Assembly (NCBI GenBank): GCA_964610875.1
Contig: CAZSWP010000025.1
Location: 1 to 58,036, forward strand
Direction: 5' to 3'
Source: an uncultured archaeon
GTDB taxonomy: Archaea > Asgardarchaeota > Thorarchaeia > Thorarchaeales > Thorarchaeaceae
DNA: 58,036 bases
Below the pieces are notes generated by a model. It was given only the letters and a program-made list of their open reading frames with translations, did not search any database and had not been told where the DNA came from. Shown here in pieces: positions 51,174 through 58,036 of the stretch. Numbering within the stretch: position 1 is the stretch's first letter; the number at the start of each line of letters is the position of its first letter. The position numbers were made by a program, and so were the translations under genes.

Positions 51174-51734
51174 GTGCCCAGCATGAAGATTACCAAAAAG
51201 ATAGTATCAGCAGCAATACCAATCTCTTTTCTCCTCTTGCTGGCGCTTCCGACATTTGTAGCCTCCATTGGTAACACATCGGTCCTCGAGTCTTCAAAAA
51301 CTTCGAAGATTGCAATTGGTGACAGTTTTGTCATCCGCGCACGTGGAATTACTAATTCTAGCTCCGACTATTCCGATACACACACTCGAACACGTATGCG
51401 GATCACTATTCAGACTGTTCGTATTGATCAACGGGGTATCAGACTCAATGTGACTGGAGGTCAATTCTACCTGGGTCATACCAAGTACAATGTAGCGGAT
51501 GGGTTTGGTATTGTTGGATGTCTTAAAGAAAGCCGTTTCAATAACACTATCGTCTTTGGTTTTCGTTTGAATATGACTGGGCCGGATGGCGAACTCGCTG
51601 AGCTATTCTTCAAGGGGATATTGCTTCCTTCGAAGAAACAAATGCACATTGTTGCTATTAGAGGGATACTCTCTCTTGAATCACTGGACATAGGACTCGC
51701 TCAGCGAGGTGTCATCCATAAAATAGATACATGA
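51174..51734 (+). CDS. Secreted hypothetical beta-rich protein
   Basis: N-terminal signal/TM segment followed by a beta-strand pattern. Confidence 0.7.
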   Translation: MPSMKITKKIVSAAIPISFLLLLALPTFVASIGNTSVLESSKTSKIAIGDSFVIRARGITNSSSDYSDTHTRTRMRITIQTVRIDQRGIRLNVTGGQFYLGHTKYNVADGFGIVGCLKESRFNNTIVFGFRLNMTGPDGELAELFFKGILLPSKKQMHIVAIRGILSLESLDIGLAQRGVIHKIDT

Positions 51735-51823
51735 TGGAAGAGACCGAGGAACTGCAGGCAGTGACTGCACGCCGCAGATTTGCTGCCCCTGAAAGGCGGG
51801 GTCCGTATCCCGCCCTTCCATCA
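51732..51823. other. GC-rich structured intergenic element
   Basis: Closing stem TGATGGAAG/CTTCCATCA enclosing CTGC-A-GGC/GCC-GCAG and GGCGGG/CCCGCC hairpins. Confidence 0.55.
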
Positions 51824-51858
51824 CCCTTTATATTTGAATAGTGAGAACTATAATTGAA

Positions 51859-52248
51859 ATGAAACGAAGACGACCACGACCGGAAAGGAGGCTTCCTCCT
51901 GACCTAAAGCCGCCCCTAAAGGGACGTCCAATAGAACCAAGACTCTGTGAATCTTGTGGTGAAGATATTCCGCCGCGAATCCTGAAACGAATCGTTTCAG
52001 CACATAGACGAGGCCGAATGGTCCCAATGCTCTGTAGAAGATGCTTCTTGAAAGAGCAGCCAAAGGTACCTGAAAAAGCAGACCCTGATATGATTTCTCC
52101 AAAACCTTCGGACATGAAGTTAGAAGAGTGGTCTTGTATCAAATGTGGTGCCGCTCTTGAGCCATTTGAGGTCGAGGCAATAAAAACTGGAAACATTGTC
52201 GAGTGCGAATACTGCAAATCAAGCATATCAAAGGAGCTTTACTCATAA
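51859..52248 (+). CDS. Double zinc-ribbon protein
   Basis: CESC..CRRC and CIKC..CEYC pairs, Arg/Pro-rich N-terminus, TATA box ~30 nt upstream. Confidence 0.8.
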   Translation: MKRRRPRPERRLPPDLKPPLKGRPIEPRLCESCGEDIPPRILKRIVSAHRRGRMVPMLCRRCFLKEQPKVPEKADPDMISPKPSDMKLEEWSCIKCGAALEPFEVEAIKTGNIVECEYCKSSISKELYS

Positions 52249-52288
52249 TATATTGAATTGGTGAGTAGTGATACCCACCAATCCTTCT

Positions 52289-54922
52289 TTATTTATTCTC
52301 AAGAAGTGACTCTATCTTGTCCAATCTGTCCTTTAGGTCTCTATTCTCTTTCTCAAGCTCTTCAACACTCTTCCGTACAGAATCAATCTCGTCTGAACCC
52401 TTTCTCTTACTTAATGCGCGAATTGCTATTCTTGCAGAACGGACAATAGTGGATTCCACTTCTCCTTCTGCAATCTTTTGTAAAGCTGTAAGTAGAGATG
52501 CATCTTCATACGCTTTTGCAGCATTGATTCCCGCTAATCGCACACGGTAGGAATTATCATGAAGCAGTTTCAAAATATCCTCTTTGACATCTGAATGCTT
52601 CTTCTTGAACTTCTTCCCTAATTTCGCAAGATGAACGATTGCCGCTCTTCGAAGAACATCATCTACACCAACGCGTACGTAATCCCTCAATGTCTTGATG
52701 GCAGCTTCCTTCTCAGTTGCTGCAATGCCATCAATGAACCCCTTCCTGACAACTTCGTTCCAAGAATCTCCTGCTTCCTTTATTCCTTCTCTCAATACTT
52801 CTAGTGATTCCTCATGCTGAAGCTTTCCAATTGATGCAGCAGCAGCGCCAGCAACATAATATGAGCTGGTATCTTTCATGAGTTTCTTCAATGCTTCTAG
52901 TGCACGATCATCTTTGTGATACTGTCCAAGGGCTGTAGCAACCGCTGTCCTGGCTCTGGAATCTTCTAGGTCAATCCCTCTCCAGAGTTGGTCTAGAGCT
53001 GACTGACGCTTAATACTGCCTAACACTTTAGCAATCTTTGCTTGTACGCCCCAAAACGAATCTCCGATTAGAGCATTTCCTAGTGCAGCTAGGGCTTTTG
53101 GATTGGCCTTTTTCCCAAGTGCCTGTGCTGCTTTAGTTTTCTGAATGATGTTCTCTCCGTGATGAAGTTGTTCAATCCACATGTCTTCTGGTTTCGTAAT
53201 CTTCGCATCTAATAGTACAGTATAATCAGGGTCGATGATCACTTGAGTCGGCTTCCCCTCTACTGGATAGTAGAAGCCGTGAATACGTTCTTGAACTTGC
53301 ATTGTGTAACGAGTTCTATCTCCTTGTTCATCCACAAACTCAACAGTAAATGGAAACCTGAACACCTCTGGTGTCATCCCATCATCATGTTTCTGGGTCT
53401 GCTCAATCTTGACCAATGCGTGTTTGTGTTTGTCATCATATGAACACTCTATTTTGCATTCAGGATACCCCGCCTTGTATACCCATTGTTCAAAGAACCA
53501 TCCATAGTCCTCCCCTGTCATCTCAGTGAAGAGTTCCTCCATGTTATGTGTGTAAACAGACTTGTGAGCAAAGCGGGTAAACCACTCGCCCATTATCTGC
53601 CACCATTTGTCTTCACCAACAAGATGCATCAGCATGTAGTATCGCCATGCAGCCCCTGGATAGGAGTGTGCCCCGAACATGTCAGTACCACGTTCCCAGA
53701 GGTTCCATACCATTGGTCGACGGTACCTATTCTTGTCTTCGTTGAAGTATGACTCTTGTTTTCCAAGCTGCTCATAGAGATACTCGTCATAGCCAAGATC
53801 ATGACGTTTCCACATGTTTTGAACATGAGTTGCCCAACCTTCATTCAACCAGGTGTGGCTCCATGTTCTGCAGGTAACGAGGTCTCCGCCCCACATATGT
53901 GCAAGTTCATGTGACACAAGACCATCTGACTGGTAATCCTTGTGTGCCTTTTCATCATGAAGGGTGACATCAGTCTGAGTGGTTGCACTTGTGTTCTCCA
54001 TTCCGCCAATCATGAAATTGGCAGCTGTGATTTGTGCATATTTTGCCCATGGGAACTTGACACCAAGTTTATCCTCAAAGAACTTGATCATCTCTGGGGT
54101 CTTGCCAAATGAACGATAGACTGTATCCTTATCCCACTTCTTATGTGCATAATAACTGACTTCTAAACCGTTAAGGTCATCTTTGTATTCAACATACTCT
54201 GATGCTGCCATGGTCATAAGATAGGCAGGTATTGGCTGCTCTTGTACCCAGTGAAAGGTTTCTGTTCCATCATCATTCTTAGTTCTCTTTTTCAGAATAC
54301 CATTACTCATTGCATAATATCCATTTGGCACCGTGAGTATTGTTTCAGTGGAGAACTTGTGACTAGGATTGTCGTATACTGGAACACAGTAACGAGCGTA
54401 ATCGTCTTGCATCTGCGTCCAAAAACTACTCTCAATGTCAAGAAACTCAGGACTCGAATTGGTAAACCATACCCCTCCTCTTGGTCTCTCTATGGTATAT
54501 GTGAAAGTGAGTTCTTGTAAGTCGCCTTTGTTCAGCTGTTCATGTAGCTTAACTGTCATCGATTCTTCGTCTGGATACAAATCATATGCAAGCTCGTTTC
54601 CTTCACTATCCCTAATTCCTGTGATATTAAGTTCTGCTGCGTGAAGGAACACATCACTCAGTGCATCCACAGAAGAACGTATCTTCAATTTCGAGATAGC
54701 ATCAATCTGCTCCTTCTTGATATCAACAGTCCAATCAATCACCAGCAGCTCTATATCATAGTATCTTGTTGGTGCCCATTGCGGTTTCGCTGTTGGAAAT
54801 GTGAAATCCTCTCGCTCTGCTGAGAGTGAGCTCTTCTCTTCAAGGATGCCTCCTTGTAAAAGCGCTTCCAGATAATCATGATAATCGGTCGTTCCTGTGT
54901 CCTCCTTGTACGTTCCTGACAA
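52289..54922 (-). CDS. M1 family aminopeptidase with C-terminal HEAT repeats and coiled coil
   Basis: GGMEN, HELAH-x18-E, then HEAT repeats and a terminal coiled coil. Confidence 0.93.
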   Translation of the reverse strand: MSGTYKEDTGTTDYHDYLEALLQGGILEEKSSLSAEREDFTFPTAKPQWAPTRYYDIELLVIDWTVDIKKEQIDAISKLKIRSSVDALSDVFLHAAELNITGIRDSEGNELAYDLYPDEESMTVKLHEQLNKGDLQELTFTYTIERPRGGVWFTNSSPEFLDIESSFWTQMQDDYARYCVPVYDNPSHKFSTETILTVPNGYYAMSNGILKKRTKNDDGTETFHWVQEQPIPAYLMTMAASEYVEYKDDLNGLEVSYYAHKKWDKDTVYRSFGKTPEMIKFFEDKLGVKFPWAKYAQITAANFMIGGMENTSATTQTDVTLHDEKAHKDYQSDGLVSHELAHMWGGDLVTCRTWSHTWLNEGWATHVQNMWKRHDLGYDEYLYEQLGKQESYFNEDKNRYRRPMVWNLWERGTDMFGAHSYPGAAWRYYMLMHLVGEDKWWQIMGEWFTRFAHKSVYTHNMEELFTEMTGEDYGWFFEQWVYKAGYPECKIECSYDDKHKHALVKIEQTQKHDDGMTPEVFRFPFTVEFVDEQGDRTRYTMQVQERIHGFYYPVEGKPTQVIIDPDYTVLLDAKITKPEDMWIEQLHHGENIIQKTKAAQALGKKANPKALAALGNALIGDSFWGVQAKIAKVLGSIKRQSALDQLWRGIDLEDSRARTAVATALGQYHKDDRALEALKKLMKDTSSYYVAGAAAASIGKLQHEESLEVLREGIKEAGDSWNEVVRKGFIDGIAATEKEAAIKTLRDYVRVGVDDVLRRAAIVHLAKLGKKFKKKHSDVKEDILKLLHDNSYRVRLAGINAAKAYEDASLLTALQKIAEGEVESTIVRSARIAIRALSKRKGSDEIDSVRKSVEELEKENRDLKDRLDKIESLLENK

Positions 54923-55123
54923 GAACTATTTCGAAAATGAGTGTTCCCATCTGTTCAACTGTATTGTTTCAAAGAATATTGGAAATCTTCATTGGGTGAA
55001 CGGTGAGTTCGGCACAACAAAACAGCAATGTTCAATCATAAATCGACTGCATTGCATTGGGTAATGGAGAGTTTTTGTGAAGAGTGCCTCATCACCGCTC
55101 TTCTTTGCCAATGAACCAAAAAA

Positions 55124-55312
55124 CTACCGCGTCATATGAATGGCTGTTCGTCCGTTTTCCCATCTGCGACGATAGTGTGTACGAGTCTGATGCGCAATGG
55201 ATTTTGGTTTGGGATCTTTTACTATTACTGGTGATGAGTGTATATGTTTCTCTTCCTTCAATTCTTCTTGTTCTGCAACTACCTGCTTCATTATCTTCCT
55301 TTGAGATAGCAT
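55124..55312 (-). CDS. Small hypothetical protein
   Basis: 62-aa charged ORF with a TATA-like TTTTTAT shortly upstream. Confidence 0.45.
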   Translation of the reverse strand: MLSQRKIMKQVVAEQEELKEEKHIHSSPVIVKDPKPKSIAHQTRTHYRRRWENGRTAIHMTR

Positions 55313-55426
55313 TTTCATCACATGATAATAGAATATCATAAAAAGATAATAAACCTATCTAAACTGGCACCAATTAGTCTGTCAACGCATGCCCGATACA
55401 AAACGAATTATACAAACAGAGAGAGT

Positions 55427-56104
55427 TCACTCAAAACAGGACTGAATCTTCTCAACTATGTCGGGTCTATTGATCATGATAGCAAAGTAGGATATGATAT
55501 CAACGCGTTTCAATATTTGATCCCAGTCGCCAGTCGTGATCTTCTCAAGAACCTCTTCACTCTCTCTTAGTTCGATGAGTTTCTCCATCTCCTTTTCTAC
55601 GATACGACTGACCTCTTGGTACACCTTCTTGAAACACTCTACATTGACTCTTGTCTTGTTTCCAAGGATTCTCAATGTTTCTGCTACCGTTGGTTCAAAA
55701 TCAAATCCGAGTAGTGGTTCCACATTCTCGCCAGATATGGACTCTGAAAAGAGAAAGAGTCGGGCTGTACGTGCAAAAAGGGTTTCTGATGCAGTCTTGC
55801 CAAATTCTATTCTCTTTCCTGCAACAGCAACAAGGTCAGCTGTTTCCAAGGTCTTCAAGTATCTGTAAATGGTATTGTACGATTTTGGTTCGACATTCTT
55901 CCGAGCTTCGGCAAGGCCTGCATAGGCTGCTTCAATCTCCTTGATAGTCATAGGCCCTTTCTTGAGGACATCAATCACAAGATAATAATCGGGGTCCATC
56001 AACAGTCGATATCTCTCTCTATTTTTCACAATCTCGATGGCCTGTGGTTGAAAATTGATGACGTCTTGGTAGTTGTTTTTCTCATCAACGTTTTCGGGCA
56101 TCAA
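55427..56104 (-). CDS. ArsR-like winged-helix regulator
   Basis: GPMTIKEI...TIYRYLKTLETADLV...TLFARTARLF pattern. Confidence 0.8.
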   Translation of the reverse strand: MMPENVDEKNNYQDVINFQPQAIEIVKNRERYRLLMDPDYYLVIDVLKKGPMTIKEIEAAYAGLAEARKNVEPKSYNTIYRYLKTLETADLVAVAGKRIEFGKTASETLFARTARLFLFSESISGENVEPLLGFDFEPTVAETLRILGNKTRVNVECFKKVYQEVSRIVEKEMEKLIELRESEEVLEKITTGDWDQILKRVDIISYFAIMINRPDIVEKIQSCFE

Positions 56105-56487
56105 GGTATCTCCTTTCGAGTTTCATCCCTCGTTTTGGTATAACACTTTCGCATTTTGAAAATGAATAATCACTTCGTGATAGAGAAAAATATTCCCATG
56201 CTGATAGCAGTGTGTAGTATTAGAAACTGGATGTTTCAACTTACGATAACAATAGTAAATCAAGGATGAAAAATAAGTTACAATGCTCGTTCGGGTCGTA
56301 TCCTAACAAAAACATCGACTTTAAGGAATTGAATTACTCGATACGGATTTCTTTTTACATGACATTCTCTATTAAAGTTCTTTCTGTACACCAACCAAGG
56401 TCCTTATCTCTTTTCAGGACGCCCAAGTACTCTGCAGTTGCATCAGAACGCCGCGAAATTCCCTTTCCCAGTGTTTATTACCAAAAG

Positions 56488-56902
56488 ATGACCTATTTTT
56501 CGCAATTGTGAGTGAACTGCAAAAAACTTCTCTGTTCCACTTTTCCTATGACAGTTGTCGCCAACTTGCAGGTAGCATAGCTATCTACATGGTCATAGGC
56601 TTTGTCCCTTTTCATAGGAACATTGTTCCTCCAATGGGACCCAGTTTCTGTCCGCTGCATCTCGGTATCACATCTACCAACAGGTGTGATTACAGACGGC
56701 ATTACCACAGCATTTACTATGGCTGGGTCTTTATTGCTTGTAAACTCCACAAGTGTAGTTTGATCATCGCAATCAGCCACGGACTCTCCTAGTAAGGTTG
56801 GTTTTCTTTTGGAGAGTGAGGACTTCCCATGAGAAGAAGACTTCTTCCTCCGGGCTTTCAGTATAGCTCTATCCTTAGAGGTGAGCCACATCCCTAGTCC
56901 TT
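56488..56902 (-). ncRNA. Putative orphan omega-RNA (~415 nt)
   Basis: Same ordered motifs as 1521-1944. Stem CCTATGAC/GTCATAGG (56599-56545) encloses two hairpins, including AGTTG-GCGA-CAACT. Confidence 0.68.
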
Positions 56903-56993
56903 TCTCATCCCGAAGTGATGAAATGAGCTTGATGAGCCGCCGTCCAATATTCACAGCGGCGTTCTTGTCCGCATTATCGCGGTAGCCACAGGT
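56488..56993 (-). mobile_element. Non-autonomous TnpB remnant: end of zinc finger/RuvC-III plus the complete 3' RNA module
   Basis: The minus strand reads TCGYRDNADKNAAVNIGRRLI...KGLGMW...GKSSLSKRK, homologous to the end of 707-1819. It ends in AATAGGTCAT. Confidence 0.8.
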
Positions 56994-57119
56994 GAGAGAA
57001 AGAAAGAATTTCTATTTTCGGTGCAAGGCTATGTTCTCATACCCGCGAAGTCTACTGATTTCACATTTTCTAGTTTCGCAAGGAATTTCAAAGTTGCATA
57101 TCTGATTTTGTCCCTGTAG

Positions 57120-57528
57120 AAGGGCTTATTACTAAATTTGATAATATCATACTAACTGTCCCATGGGAAGCTTTTTATTGGCTTGACCAGCGGGAGAGTT
57201 ACTTCGCATCCTACGGTGTCAGGCTGGATGCTGTTGGCAAGAGCCTAGCGATGATAGCCCGTGATTTCCAGATGCGAATACAAAATGCGGAACAGAGATA
57301 GACTGACGCAAGTGTGTCAGAATCCCCTCAGTTCTAAGATATGCTCAACAGTGTGCAGGTGCAATAGGGTAAGAACACTCCTTCGATCCCTGTCAAGCCT
57401 GTACTTCATCAAGCTTCAAGTTTAACGTGTGCTAGATGGCTATACATTGTGATCGAATACTACTCCGGTCACTACCTTGCTAAGATGTATGGTCAATGAT
57501 GTGGGATTTCCTTCCACATTCAGGATAC
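57120..57528 (+). promoter_or_regulatory. rRNA promoter and 5' external transcribed spacer
   Basis: TATA-like elements near 57125 and 57173, no ORF, and several hairpins (CTGACGCA..TGTGTCAG; GTGGGA..TTCCAC) before the 16S start. Confidence 0.55.
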
Positions 57529-58036
57529 AACTCTAGTTGATCCTGCTAGAGGGCACTGCTATCGGCTTGGGAATAAGACATGCAAGTTGAACGCTTCAAC
57601 ATCCTGAAGCGTAGCGAACGGCTCAGTAGCGTAGTTAACCTACCCTGTAGATGTGGACACCCCCGGGAAACTGGGGTTAATTCACTATAGGAGCATTGTT
57701 CTGGAAATGATATTGCTCTGAAATGGGTACCCTAGGTATGTTGGGTATTCCGCTACAGGACGGGACTGCGCCGGATCATTCTTGTAAGTGGGATAACTGC
57801 CCACTTAGGATATGACCCGAACGGGCATTGTAAGATGTTGCCCGGAGAAGGGAACTGAGACAAGGTCCCTAGCCCCACGGGGTGCAGCAGTTACGAAACC
57901 TCACCAATGTGCGAAAGCGCGAGTGGGCCAAGCCGAGTGATGGGGGATAACTCCATCTGTGACAGAACGGTAAGGACGTCTGTTAGAAAGGAGAGGGCAA
58001 GGCTGGTGCCAGCCGCCGCGGTAAAACCAGCTCTTC
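57529..58036 (+). rRNA. rrs: 16S rRNA, 5' part (truncated by the window edge)
   Basis: ACTCTAGTTGATCCTGCTAGA start, CATGCAAGT, GAACGGCTCAGTA, ACGGGGTGCAGCAG, GTGCCAGCCGCCGCGGTAA. Confidence 0.97.

Noticed and set aside
51744-51823. Hammerhead ribozyme (CCGAGGA...GAAA) or tRNA-Sec (TCA on the minus strand)
   Set aside because: The hammerhead core has U4C, lacks the A15.1-U16.1 pair and has extra junction bases. No T-loop or proper tRNA arms are present.
6576-54823. Numerous antisense or nested ORFs (e.g. 29782-30489, 39588-40199, 47693-48361, 27590-27994)
   Set aside because: They are shadows of well-supported genes on the opposite strand or in another frame, with no recognisable motifs.
56133-56147. 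Copy-2 guide targeting the promoter of the neighbouring wHTH gene (TTTTGGTATAACACT vs TTTTGGTAATAAACACT)
   Set aside because: Only 8 contiguous matches and two gaps in AT-rich DNA; compatible with chance.
1-58036. CRISPR array or cas genes
   Set aside because: No regularly spaced repeats seen. The only Cas12-related genes are TnpB remnants with IS-type right ends.

Overview
Archaeal chromosomal window, most likely an Asgard archaeon (Thorarchaeia-like; inferred from gene content and the divergent 16S, not from a database search). Positions 1-5341 are an accessory region. It holds a gene interrupted by a decayed TnpB (IS200/IS605-type) element with a Fanzor-like rearranged RuvC site, then an AT-rich island with two HEPN-like genes, bracketed by two promoter-bearing 5' tRNA fragments. 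Positions 5.4-56 kb are mostly core genome: hppA, ppiA, trm1, rlmE, TFE-beta/Rpc34-like, gar1, srp19, pyrB, GH31, mch, korB/korC, Lsm, cdrS-ftsZ, rpl3/4/23/2, a HypD-like glycyl radical enzyme, Fpg, pyrH, valS, two OsmC genes, a damaged dpp operon and an M1 aminopeptidase. There are three tRNA genes, two with non-canonical introns. A second TnpB remnant near 56.5-57 kb keeps little more than a ~415-nt RNA module whose helices covary with those in copy 1, pointing to an unusually large omega-RNA. The window ends in the 5' third of the 16S rRNA gene.
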